In this document: positions 41,132-54,270 of the stretch, in pieces
Layout: each line of letters begins with the position of its first letter
How positions within the stretch are numbered: position 1 is the first letter of the stretch
Assembly (NCBI GenBank): GCA_002189035.1
Contig: CM007990.1
Span: 2,046,001 to 2,110,000, forward strand
Direction of reading: 5' to 3'
From: Utricularia gibba
Lineage: Eukaryota > Plantae > Magnoliophyta
DNA length: 64,000 nucleotides
Notes under the pieces: generated by a model
Databases searched by the model: none
Seen by the model: the letters and a program-made list of their open reading frames with translations, nothing else
What the model was told of the DNA's origin: nothing
Made by a program: the position numbers and the translations under genes

Positions 41132-44100
41132 CAAAAGAGAGAGATATGTGAGAATGAACTTGCAAGAAGATGAGGTTCGGGAGAGAGATGAAAGAATGGT
41201 TTTGAAAATCCTTTGAATTTCAACAATTTGGTCATGTGATTGAGGCATGTGAATCCAAAATATGGGGACACATGTCAGTAGACTTTATTGATCTTGGAAC
41301 ATGTAGCTTTCGGTGTTGTTGGCTGATAATGGAAGATAGACGGCACACCGCAATGGAGAAACCAGTGAGCATCCAAAGATATAATCAAAATTACACAAAT
41401 TAATAAAAAAATTAGTATGTTTAAGAACCTAAAAACGTGTGATTAAGTGTATGTGTATGGTGCAATAGAGAACATGTGTATACTTTCCTGTTTTTCGAGT
41501 AAAAAAAGTCAAATTCGAAGAATTTTTCACAGTGAAACACATTCTCATTACTATATCTAAAATACTACATACACATTCATTTCACATTCTTTTGAATCTC
41601 ATTCATGTATGTAAAAAAAATTGTAATAAGTTGCAAATCATATGTAATTCATAACTATGTTCATTATTGATAGGATACCAACCGGTTGGGGATAATCGAT
41701 TTGTCAAAAAGGCTGCCACGCGGGTTTTTCGATGAGATAATGTCTGTCGACAGATCGATACCTGTTAGAGGATCTGACATGAGCGGCATGGCTTAGTCTG
41801 AAGAGTAACCGAGCCACGGTAGAATGGACGGCGATTGTCTGAAAAGCAAGATCAGAGCACAAGTGCAGAAAGGTAGCCGACATGTGCGAAGCTCATGATT
41901 CGGTCGGGTCGGTCCCCTTCCCCCCCCCCTTCCCCCGTGGGGCTATGTTCCACAGTCCCACTCGAGAAACCCATAAGAGCCACTCGCTAAGCACGGATTA
42001 TGGCGGAAAATAGCACAGCCACCAACCCAGCTCATGACGGAAGCGCCGACGTGCAAGACCTTGGTCTTATGATCACCAGTAGGGAACAATTGAAGGCCCT
42101 GCTAATGGAAATCGTCGCCGACTTCAAGACACCTTCAGGTCTGAACTCCAACGCTCAGGAGGGAACACCCGAACTGCACCACGAGTGGAGAAGCAACCCC
42201 TTATTCCAGAATACCTCCAGGACACGAAGATTGAGTTTGAAACCGAGGAGGAGATTTTGCGAAGGAAAAGGCGCAACCAAATCATTTATGAGCCTGGAAC
42301 GGATAGGAAAGACGTGACTAATGAAATCCTAGAAAGAAGGGAAGAAGAACTGAAAAGAGAATTGGATCAGATCCGGGAAAGACGAAAGCTCATCGCCGCA
42401 TGAACGCTATCGGGAGAGAAAGAGAGTAGGGGCTTCAGGGACGCCTTCGACCAGAATGTCTGCACTAGAAGAAGAGACGTTCTTGCCGACATTGATCTAG
42501 CCTTGAAGAATAGTGTGGAAGGAGCTACGAGGACCCCCGCACTTCGCTTTGATCCCTTCTCGGATGAATTGATCCAAGAAGAGCCCGAAAGGGGATTCAG
42601 AGTCCCTGATGAACTGCCCACATATGATGGGAAGGGAGACCCTATATCTCACGTGACCGATTTCGACATGAGGATGACTATGGTCTGGCATTCGGAAGCC
42701 ATGAAGTGTAAGTTGTTTGCTTGTTCGCTCCAAAAGGGAGCCAAGATATGGTTCAAACAATTAGAGCCATGTAGCGTGGGATCCTATTGGGAGTTGGTGC
42801 TACTCTTCACCACCCGATATGCTGTCAATATCAAAGCCCCACCATCAAAGGCAGCGTTGTATTCCATTCGGTACGACCACAGAAGAGAAAGCTTAAGAAA
42901 ATTCATCGATTGATTCAACTATCTAGCACAGGACGTCCAGCTAGATTTGAAGGGTAGAAATAATGAAGCGGGACTTGGGTACATCAAAGTTGGGTCAAAG
43001 TCTATCTAAATCCCCACTGAAGAATCTCGGAGAATTGTTACGGAAAATCATGAAGTACATATGAGTTGACGCCGACCTCAGGGCCGAGATGAAAAACCGC
43101 ATAGAGATCCGCTCGGTCCCGCAGCAAGAAGTGCAACCTATCCGGCCCCCTCAACCGAATAAACGCCGTGATGTATATCAGGTGGAACCAACCAAAACCG
43201 AGGCCTATTGCGAAATACATAAAACCACGAGACACGACACCGTCAACTGCCGAATAATGAAGAGGATGATCGAGCAGTATCATACTGGAAGTTCCCCCTG
43301 AAACCAACAAGAGGGATCCGACGAGCTAGCGAAGTCTCGATCCACGAAGGGGATCGAGATAGACCGGAAAGTTCAAGAGACGCGAACCGAGCGTAGGGTA
43401 GTCCCCCCTATGTACGAGAAATCCACATGGTGTCCGGGGGGCCGAGATTGACGAATCCGGAAAATCACGAAAGAGATATCTAGAGGAGGCTAGAAAAGGA
43501 GAGATATTCAAAATCGGGAAAGGACAGTCTGAGAGAGCTGCATGGGAGATGGAGGAGATCCATTTCTCTGACAAAGACATTCCCACTGGCACAGCCACAC
43601 GAAATGAACCTTTGATGGTAGCCGGGATATGCAGGAGCACCAAGGTGAGGAGGATTCTCATCGATCAGGGATCTTCCTGTAACATTATGAAAAAGGAAGT
43701 TGCCGAGCTACTGGCGTCATCTAATGAGGGGGATATCCGCCCGATCCGTATGGAGTTATATGCATTCGATCAACGGGCCGTGCAAACTGTTGGGAAAATA
43801 AGCCTACCCGTGACGTTCGGTGCGGCAGGGCGAAGCTGGACCGAAAGATTAGAATTCTGATTCTGCATTCGGAAGTCTCGTATAACGTGATCCTCGGCCG
43901 ACCCGGCATCAACCAATTCGGTATGCTGCCCTCAATTGTGCACTTGAAAGTAAAATTCCCAACACCTAGGGGAATCTGCACGCTAGATATCGACCGACCA
44001 GCCACTTGGTCCTGTTATGTGTCCTCTTGCTGCGACCCCTCCGCGAAGAAACCAAGAGTAATGGTGGTGGAGAAGGAACCCCGGGAACCTCCCAGGCGAG

Positions 44101-45585
44101 CCACGGAACAGGTGGGGTATAAATCCTTGCAGCTCATACCGGGAGATACACAGAAGGCAACTCGCATTGGCACCAACTTGAACACCGAGTTTAAAAAAAG
44201 GTTAGCGGAACCCTAAGGAATAACGCTGATATTGTCAACTTGAACAATCTGTCGTTGAGCATCACATCGATACCTATCCGGGGGCAAAGCCGATTCGGCA
44301 GAAGCAGCGGCACTTCTTTGAAGAAAAATGCCGAATTATCATGGAGAAAACAAAGGAGCTTCTGGAAGCCGGTTACGTGAGGGAAATCCAATACTCAGAA
44401 TGGGTAGCCAACCCGGTCGTTGTCCCGAAACCCGAGGGAAAATGGAGAATGTGTGTCGATTTCACCAATCTCAACGCCTGTGTTGAAAGGGATCCTATCC
44501 CTTACCAAAGATAGACAAGTTGGTGGACGCCATTTCCGGGTCCCGTTTCCTGAGCACCATGGATGCCTACTCTTGATATAACCAAATTTTCATTGCGGAA
44601 AAGGACAAGCCGAAAACAACCTTCTACACCAAAGACGGGGTTTACTGTTATGTCGCAATGCCTTTTGGTCTGAAGAATGCTGGGGCGACCTATCAGAGAT
44701 TGGTAAACAAAATTTTTTCCTCCGAGATCGGAACTTCAATGAAGGTATATGTGGATGATATGATCGTTAAGTCAATGAATGAAGAGGATCATTTGACGTA
44801 TTTGGCTTCCTGCTTTTCTTTATGTCGGTCATACGGATTAAAACTCAACCCATTGAAATGTTGCTTCGGAGTGCAGAGTGGAAAATTCCTCGGACACTAT
44901 GTATCAGAAAGAGGGATCGAAGCCGACCCCGAGAAGATTAAGGCGATATGCGAAATGCAACCCACGAGGACCATAAAGGAATACCAGAGCCTTACGGGTA
45001 AACTAGATGCCCTCACCCGTTGCATATCTCGGTCAGCCGATATGTCAGCGTCTTTCTTCAAGGTGTTGAGAAAGGGAAATGCTTTAGAATGGAATGAAGA
45101 CTGTCAAATCGCTTTCGAGAAGCTCAAAGAATATCTCTCCTCACATTCGCTTCTAGGGGAGCCCCTAGGGCTTTACCTATCAATATCCCCCGTCGTGGTA
45201 AGTGCAGTCCTGACAACTATCTCGGGAGATAAACAATTGCTCGTGTATTACGTGAGCAAGGTCTTGCTGCCCGCCGAAACCCGATACACAGTAACAGAGT
45301 TCATCTTGGCTCTGAAAATGGCAGCCACCAAGCTCCGATCATATTTCCAGGATCGACACATCGTGGTATTCACTAATCAGCCCTTGAAGAGTATCCTATC
45401 TCGAACGGAGATTTACAGAAGGGTCGCAAAATGGACGGTCGAATTGAGCACGATGGATATTGAGTTCAAATCGAGAACAGCAATCAAGCCTCAACCACTT
45501 GCTGATTTCGTGGTCGAGATGACCCGGCCTATTGACCGTTTTATAGAAATTAACGACCGTTGGGCCATGTATGTTGACGGTTCAA

Positions 45586-47032
45586 TAGAGGTGGGTTCGG
45601 TTGTGAACCGTACTGTTTCGGTTCGGAACTGAACGGTTCCGAACTCGGAACCGTACGGACGAAACCTTGAACCGAACCGAGATTCGCGAACCGAACCGTA
45701 ACCGGAACCGATCGGTTACTGTTTATAGGTGTTTTCCAGGCACCCATATGAATCATTGTTGGTGACTGGCAGTGAAATTTATAAAAATAATTATTTTTTT
45801 ATATTTAAATATTATTAAACAATATATTTAATAATATTAAATTTTGTATTTAACTAGATATATTATGTAATATACTATATTAATTAATAAAAAACTATAA
45901 CTTAAATTACTTGATAAACTATGTCAATAAAATATAATTAAAATATATATAATTTGTGACTTAAAGAAATGAAATAAATAATTAAATTATTCGCATTTGA
46001 ATAAATATTTGATAAAATTAAATTTTTTAAAACAAATACAGCAAGATTACAAATCATATAAAATGAATGGAATTATTATTTATATATTTATTTTTTTAAA
46101 ATGAAGATGTTTATATAGTTGTTTTATATAATCTTTTGTAAGTATTGCATATTTTTTAAATTAAAATAAAAACATCATCTATTTCATATATTTTGAAAAC
46201 AAAATATTAGAAGGATTAAATACATTGCATTTTTAAAATTAACATCACATATTTCACGTCTCTTAATAATCGTTAAGGGTGTCCAGGCTCTAGAGAAGAT
46301 CATAGGCACCCTCAATAACGGATCAGAGTGCTTGGACAACCTCTAACCTCAACCCTAATTCTAAAGTGCACGCTGACTTCGTTAAGAGTGTCCAGACTCC
46401 ATAGAAGATCTTAGGCACCCTGAATAATGGATCAGAGTGCCTGGACGACCTCGAACGACAACCCTAAAGTGATAAAATTATCAGTAATTGAAAACATATA
46501 CAATAAAATTACATTTTTTCAGACACCCACATTAGCTTGTGAGTGTTCGGGAAGAACATTTGAAAGACAGAGACCATTCCTTGGCTACCCGCATTTACTC
46601 ATGCTTCATGTAAGAGTGTCATGAGGGCGCCTGAGATCATTTTCTAGGCATCCACATCTATCGTCAGTGTGTCCGGGAAGGGGTGTTCCAGAAGATTTTC
46701 CAGGCACCCACTTCCGTCGTATGGGTTTCTGAAAAAAGTGTCTGAAATCATATACATTTATTTATTTTTTTAATTTTTTTAATTTTTTTTAAGTTTTTTT
46801 TAAATTTTTTTCGGTTCAGAATTGACGGTTTCGGTTCGAAACCGTGAACAGTACGGTTCATACACGGGTCAGAACCGTCAGTTCCACGGTTCCAAATTTG
46901 TCGAACCGAACTGAAACTGTACGGTTCCGGTTCCGGAATCGTACAGACATCCACCTCCTGGAACCGAACCGGAACCGGAACCGACGGTTTCGATTTGAAC
47001 CGCGGTTCCGGTTCGAACCGAACCCACCTCTA
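45586..47032. mobile_element. Non-autonomous hAT element (1447 bp) in the aRH domain
   Basis: Perfect 17-bp TIR TAGAGGTGGGTTCGGTT; 8-bp TSD CGGTTCAA / CAGTTCAA (7/8); dense GAACCG/CGGTTC subterminal motifs. Removal restores YVDGSTYNRAGGGI. Confidence 0.92.
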
Positions 47033-48722
47033 CAGTTCAACATACAATAGGGCTGGAGGAGGCATAGACATCCGGACTCTGGATGGGGAACACATTTATA
47101 TCACGGTAAAATTCCTGTTCCCTGCCTCCAACAATGTGGCCGAATATGAAGCCTTGGTGGAAGGAATGAAAATTACTAGGGAGCTCGGAGTTGCAGAACT
47201 TGACGCTTATACCGACTCACGGCTTATGCAAGGACAGTTTTCGGGCGAATATAAAGCTCATGAACCCCTCATGGCTCTACACTGTGTCAAGGTGAAGGAG
47301 TTGGCCAAAACTTTCAAGAAGTTCACCTTATCCCATGTTGAGCAAGCGGAAAACGGACCCGCGGATAGTCTCGCTAAGTGTGTCGAAGGATTTCCGGAGC
47401 TAAAGGAGGGAAGTGTGACAGTCCGGTTGCGGGGTTCACCGTCAGTAACCTTGCGGGCAGTAAATCACATACTCAGCAACCAGGGAATGACATCTCATCA
47501 CAATTGAACCTTTTCGAGGATTGGACATTACCCTATATCCGATACCTACAAAGAGGAGAAACACCACCCGAAAAATCGGAAGCCAGACGGTTGGAGACCA
47601 GGGCGAAGAGATATATGCCGGTGAATGGGAATCTTTATTGCAGATCCCTTGACGGAAGAGCTTATAACCGACTCGCATGAGGGAGAGTGTGGCGCTCACG
47701 TTGGCGTGCGATCCTTATGCCGCAAGGTTTTGGGAAGCGGATATTATTAGTCGACCATGAAGCAGGATATTACTGAAATGGTTAGAAAGTGTAAGGTGTG
47801 CCAATACCACGCCAACATTCCGAGAAAACAGGTAAACGATCTGACCGCTCTTCCACTCTCATGCCCATTTGACCGATGGGGGGTAGATATTATGGGACCA
47901 TTCCCCCAAACGTCAGGTCAGAAAAAGTTTGTTATCGTAGAAGTCGAGTATTTTTCCAAATGTGTGGAGGTCGAATCTGTGGCTAAGATATTAGAGGAGG
48001 TTGTTATCCGATTTCTTTGGAGAAACATCTTCATCCGATTCGGGATACCTCGAGAACTAGTGACCGATAATGGGACCCAATTTGCGGGAGGGAGAATGGA
48101 TGCATTCCTAAACAAATATTCGGTCAAGGACAACTTCACTTTGGTGTACCACCCTCAGAGTAATGACCTTACGGAGGTAACGAATCGAACACTCAGGCAG
48201 GGTATGAAGACCAAACTCGAAGACTACGGAGGATCATGGGTGGATTGGCTGGATGAAGTGTTGTGGTCGTATCGTACCACCCCTCGGACCACTACGGAAG
48301 AGTCTCCTTTCTTGCTGGTTTATGGATCGGAAGTAGTGTGCCCGATTGAACGAACATTGAAGAGCTACAGGGTTGAACACTATAATGAGGAGGAGAACGC
48401 CGACTTACGAAGACTGGAGTTGGAACTGTTGGAAGAAAAGCGACCAAATATTTATAGCCGACTAGGGGCTTATCAGAGAAGAACAGAAAGGAGCTACAAT
48501 CGGCCCGCATCCTTAAGGCCGTGTTTGGTAGTAGTTTTAGTAATGCTGGTATAATTTATACCAGATAAAAATTATCCCTCCTATAAGTATACATTATGTT
48601 TGGTAATATGGAATTTATGGGTTGGAATAAGATATCCCATGAGTTGTTTGGTAGATATATATTGGATTATTTTTTACAGATTTTGAACAAAGACATTTTT
48701 ACCCTTCTACATTTTTTTTTAT

Positions 48723-49916
48723 CTGAGTAGGGTTCTTGGCTTCGGCTCTTCAATCATTCTCCAATTTTCGAAACTCGGGTGGAGTGTTGAAGAAGAACGT
48801 CTTCTTGTTATCGCTTTCAAGGATATTATTGACAGTGGGTGGAAGAGTGAAAATGGTTTTAGAAATGGGTATTATGTAGCTCTTGAGAAAATGATGAAGA
48901 AACGCAAACCCACTTCAACTTTGACAGCTATTCCACACATTTCTTCGAAAATCAAGATCTGGAAAAAGGAATGCTACATGATCATGGACATTCTTTCTCG
49001 ATTGGGAACAGGGTGGAATAGCACAACAAAGATATTACAAGCACCAGACGAGATATGGGATGAACTGGTATTTTCTAGGAAAGTTCCTACTTTTATTAGT
49101 TTGTGAATATTAAGAATCCATTCTGCTAATTATTTGGGAATCGTTGCTGATATGAATTAGTTTAATCATATGGTTTTTGTAATTGTTTTAGAATCCATTT
49201 TATGAGAGTTCTTACATTTTTTTATATGTTACTTGTTGTAAGTGTCTGAAAAAAGCTATCGCGAGTATTGAATTTTGTTTTTAGGCAACCATCAAGGGAC
49301 TGAAAGGCTTGAGAAATAAGGTATGGCCTTTTTATGAAGATTGGGTAGAGATTTTTGGAACATATCGTGCTACCGGAAAGATGAAGTTGCTCATGAGGAA
49401 GCTACCAACCGTGCATCCACTGAAGTCGAAGGCAATGACTATCATGCCAATATGAACAATGAACCAGAATCACCAACAACTCAAATACCAGCTTTTATGC
49501 CAATTTCAAAAGCCGAATCATTTGCTCTTAATGATGATGCTGTTGAGAACAGTGTAGGGTCACACAAAAGGAAATTTAACAAGAGACAAAGAGAGGATGA
49601 AGTTATTGGAGAACTTATTGGACAATTAAAAGCAATGCGTAAAGGATCAAATGCTATCACTGAACTTATACAACAAAATGAGGCTATATCCATCCTTCGT
49701 AAAATGGACATGTTACTGACACCCATTCAGATTGTGCATGTGTCTCAGGTATAGTCTTACACATCTCTCATCATTTTTAATATCCCTATTGACAGATAAT
49801 TAAATCAGTTTTCTTATGTTCAGCTTGTGTTGAAGACGTCTGCGGACATGCAATTGTTTTTGTGCCTCTCAGATGACTCGCACAGAGCATTGGTCCAACA
49901 ACTTGTCAGGGAGTAG
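48723..49916 (+). pseudogene. Harbinger Myb/SANT-like DNA-binding gene
   Basis: Exons about 48723-49067, 49285-49748 and 49824-49916. WSVEEERLL, GWKSENGFRNGY, WPFYEDWVEIFGTYRATG. No in-frame upstream ATG (CTG at 48723) and a frameshift near 49380. Confidence 0.8.
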
Positions 49917-50737
49917 GTTTTATGAATGGTGCAATATTTTTTTGGGCAGCATCATCCGTTGGTGCTCTTCAAGACCACGGAAAGGATCAGTTCATCGACT
50001 TCTTACATGCACCATAGACATTATATAGTTTTGAAACATCATAGTTTTGAGCTCAAAAAAATATACATATAGAACTGTCTATGTAGATAACAACTTTCCC
50101 TGGTTCAAGTGGTGTATCATCCATTATCTTTTTGTCTTCTTCAGTTCACAAATACCTTGACTCCTAAAACTAAAACATAATAATAGGTTCGCATGAAAAT
50201 TCATAAAAGTAGACCACACTTGCAACATAACATCACCCGAAGAATAATGAGTTGGATGTTATCATATTTTATACATTTTTGTTATTCTATTTTACCATAT
50301 AAATCTATTGAGTTATAGTTCAAGAAACAAGTGAACCTAATATATGTCTACATCAAAATTTAATGATTTATTTTTATGTGAATAATATACAACATATATT
50401 TCATTTTCGAATAATTACATAAATTGGAATTTTTTTAATATCAATTTTTGTTTTATTAATCTGTTTTATAATAAAAAACAATGTTCAACATAAACTTTGA
50501 TTTATGTATTTAAATTCATGTACTAAATTATTTTATATTAACGCCTAAATACGAAATAAGTAATTTGGTAAGAGTCCAATACACAAATGTGTTGGACTCC
50601 TACCACATTACTTATTTCGTAGGTGCTATTAATGTGGGATACACACAAGCGTGGTTTATGCATAACTTATGTCCGTGTGTTGGATTTCTACCAAATTACT
50701 TATTTCATAGGTAGTATTAATACAGGATACACATGGG

Positions 50738-51140
50738 TAGAGGTGGGTTCGGTTCGAACCGGAACTGTGGTTCGTACTGAAACGTTTGGATATATCTGGT
50801 TCCAGGCACCCACATGAGAAAAGATGGGTGCCTGGAATTTGGTTGCAGACTCACAAACACCCTCCCGAGGCACCCACATGAGAGAAGTGGGTGTTTGGAA
50901 AACTGTCACAAATACTCCTTCCCAAACACTCATATCAGAGAAGTGTGTGCCTGGAAATGATCTTACCCACTCTTCCCAAACACTCACACAATGCATTATT
51001 TTGTAGGTACCGTCCAACTCTCTTTCCTGACACCCTTCCGAGGCACCCACATGAGGGAAGTGGATGCCTGGAAATGGTTTTACCCACTCTTCTCAGACAC
51101 CCACACAATGCATTATTTTGAAGGTGCCGTCCAAAGTATA
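50738..51140. mobile_element. Truncated hAT terminus of the 45586 family, inside the Harbinger
   Basis: The first 28 bp are identical to the reverse complement of the 47032 end, followed by AGGCACCCACATGAG repeats. No second TIR. Confidence 0.75.
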
Positions 51141-51440
51141 ACTAAGGATCGAATGCTAATAAAATTAAAAACTAAGAAACTTTCATATTTATCATATGAT
51201 TTAATAAATAACATATTTAAATTATTTATATTTTTAGTAAACATATGTCATATGATATAAAAATATTTTTTTTAATTGTTGCATCTCGCATGTTCTCGCG
51301 TGCTTAGAAATAAATATGATTTATAAAAATGTTGATAATAATCATAAGTTCACTTTGCAACAACATGTTCTACCATGTTTAAAAATAACAAATGTTCAAT
51401 CTTGCATATGATAGTTAACAGAAACACAAAAAACGAATTC

Positions 51441-52820
51441 TTATCTATTCGTATACTCATTCCACATAATTGTTGCAAGCTCATCACGCCATGTACACCA
51501 CCATGGAGAGGTTTCAATAGTTGTTATGAACTCACCAGCCCCTTGCTCAACAGATTCAGTAAAATTCTCTGACACTTCAGCTTCCAACGGATCATATGCC
51601 ATATTCATTCTTACGAAATTGTGTAATAAAGCACAAGCAAGAATAATGCGACTTTGTGTTTGAATTGGATAGTAGGATGCTGACCGAAGAATGGCCCATC
51701 GAGTCTTTAAAATTCCCCATGCTCTCTCAATTACATTTCTCGTTGAGGCGTGCCGCATGTTAAACAACTCTTTCGCATTTTGAGGTGCTGAATTTCCAGT
51801 ACCCCATTCTTTTAAATGATAGCGTACATTCCGATATGCAGCTAGGAAGCCATCACAATTGGTGTAGCCATTATCACATAGATAATAGCAACTTGCAATC
51901 ACAACATGCATTTGTATAGTAAAATGTTTCTGAAAACAGCCTGAAACAATGGAAATTCATGCATGGAAAAACCTTTAAAAATCTTACTAACTTCACAACT
52001 AACCTCTACGTACTCGTAGACCACCAACTTCCTTCAACAAAGCACTTTTAAGTATACAGCTGTCAGCAGCCGATCCTTCCCAACCAGCAAGCATGTAAAT
52101 AAAATTCATATTTTGATCACATACACCCAAGACATTGAAGGCTATTGTACCTTTTCGGGTTCGATATTTTGACTTATCACACTCAAGCACCTGTGCCTCA
52201 ATATAGGACCCATCTAAAGCACCTAAACAATTCTACACATATTACAAACATTCAACAATTAATAGTTATTAAGATAAATATTGCATAACCAAAAAATGAA
52301 ATAGTACCTCAAAGAAACGGAACCTTGCTATGGCACTGGTAGTAGTGACAGGTTCACCCTTAACTAACAGCTTATCATGCAAGCATAAAATAGCTGCAAG
52401 AACGGCCTTGAAGTGACAGCTAATTGTCCATGTCGATCTTTTGAAGGATGACTTTTGAACTCGCATCTTCTTATGATGGGCTAAAATACCTAAGAAAATA
52501 CAGGCTTTCTCACTGATAGTTACATACTTCGAGTCACGAAGCCCTGCATAATCACGAAGTAGACAACACAATCGTCCAAAGACATCTCGATTCATCCTCA
52601 ATTCCTCCAAAGCTGTGTTGTTCATGTTGCTAACTAATTCATGGAGATGTTCAATTTGTCTTGGCATTTTCGATGTATATGAGTATCGGCATTGCTGTCT
52701 TGAACCATGAGAACGTAGTCGGAGCAGCACAATAAGCACAATAATATGAGCAATTTCGAAATTCCTTTGCAACAAATATGCCAATAACAATAACTGAGCA
52801 TTCTCATCAATTGATTCCAT
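51441..52820 (-). pseudogene. Harbinger DDE transposase (HARBI1-like, 397 aa if spliced), one acceptor site mutated
   Basis: Exons 52820-52308, 52232-52004 and 51892-51441, no internal stops. CLGALDG, GWEGSAADS, YYLCDNGY, RNVIERAWG. The intron 2 acceptor reads CAA rather than CAG. Confidence 0.88.
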
Positions 52821-54270
52821 CTAAAAAAATAATTTGGGTTCCTACAATTAATTCATCACATATAATAATTAATGCAAAGGAGACTACATGCTTATGCGTA
52901 CACACATCAGGAACAAAGCAAACAATAAGAAAATACAAAATGAATATGTTTGCATTATTAAAGAAATTATTCATTCATCTTGGCTACAAACCTTCGATTT
53001 TGATGTTTCCAAATGGGTGGGACACCGAATGAATACTTTGTTGTGCCGCCAAACAGTCAAAACATGGACCTCAATTACTTGAATTTGAGACCCAACAATG
53101 GGTCTATGATCCAAATTTTGCAAGTCGGTATAGAAAATATTCACAGGTTGAGGAAGAAAATCTGTAGATGGAGGAAGAAATTCACAAGTTGAGGGGAAAT
53201 AGAATCGTAGGGTTGAAAAATAATTTTCCCCCAAATTTAATTCAAGACAAGATGTAGATGTATTTATGGGTATTTTCGACTTTTCATAATCAAAAAGTTA
53301 TCTATGTGTAAGGTATAAAATTAAGAAGGGGTTTTGATGGGGATACTTTTATGACTTATAGAAAGGAAAAAAGTATCCCAAAAAAATTTAATTCCGCTTA
53401 CCAAACACGTTATTATTATCCCGCATATTAGGATATCCCATCTTATCCCATGTTATCCTTATTACCAAACACGGCCTAAGGGAATTCTCGGAAGGAGATT
53501 TGGTCCTCCGGAGCATCCAACTACAGAGACACGTGGGAAAATTAGATCGCAATTAGGAAGGCCCTTACCGGGTTTCAAGAGTAATTGGAAAGGGAGCATG
53601 TCGACTAGAGCAGTTAGACGGTGTGGAACTCCCAAGATCCTAGAATGCGATACATTTGAGGAGATTCTACGCCTAGCCATCTGGATACCAATCCCTATCA
53701 TGGGTCCTCTTTGGATTCGGTAATTTCTTTTTTGGGAACACCCAAACGGTAATAGATTCCTCCAAAGCGGAGACAAGTTGGCTAGAAAACACAAGCCCTG
53801 GCCGAATTGCGTAAGCCCAGGCAATCTCTCTCAACCTAGGTCATAAGCCTTAACTTTAGGTCCGCGCCCCTTCCCAGGGACAGCAGATCAACTCGGGGTT
53901 TCCCGCCTTGGTTTACACATGCTTTTCTAAACCCAGGCACCCGTGATGAGGATAAGCCCCGGTATAACTCGGGCACCGGTTCTCTAAAACTGTCGGCGTA
54001 AGCCCAGAAAAAGCCCTTAGATACAAACCTTACTACCGAATCTCGAGACGGCAAGAGCACCTAGAGCAAATCCGCCCATGTTCAAAACAATGAGATTCCG
54101 GCCAGAAGAGAGCCCAATCGGATTGGGGAAGTCACTCAACCCATAGGGGGTCTTAGTCTACTTCTCTAGCGGCGGTCCCGCTCGCGTATGGAAATACTAA
54201 GGCATGCAAAGATCAAAAAGCCTAGCCCGAGAGCTGACCCAAAGACACCTACCCCCGGGTCACAAAGGCA

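Larger units (their letters stand above)
48517..53476. mobile_element. PIF/Harbinger element (4960 bp) in the integrase gene
   Basis: Perfect 14-bp TIR GGCCGTGTTTGGTA; TAA TSD on both sides (48514-48516 and 53477-53479); convergent Myb and DDE genes. Confidence 0.95.
42000..53676 (+). pseudogene. Tat gag-pol pseudogene, interrupted twice
   Basis: gag PTYDGKGDP; protease ILIDQGSS; RT WRMCVDFTNLN, MPFGLKNAGATYQR, YVDDMIV; RNase H VFTNQPL; aRH WAMYVDGS / SNNVAEYEAL; INT PFDRWGVDIMGP, LWSYRTTPR; C-terminus EGDLVLR...EGPYRV resumes at 53482. Confidence 0.9.

Noticed and set aside
41678-41689. Palindrome CCAACCGGTTGG as an LTR-LTR junction at the retroelement's left edge
   Set aside because: It lacks the canonical CA|TG junction, and a 12-bp palindrome is expected several times by chance in 64 kb.
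46748-47050. ORFs rich in NRNR/RFRF
   Set aside because: They are translations of the hAT subterminal GAACCG repeats.
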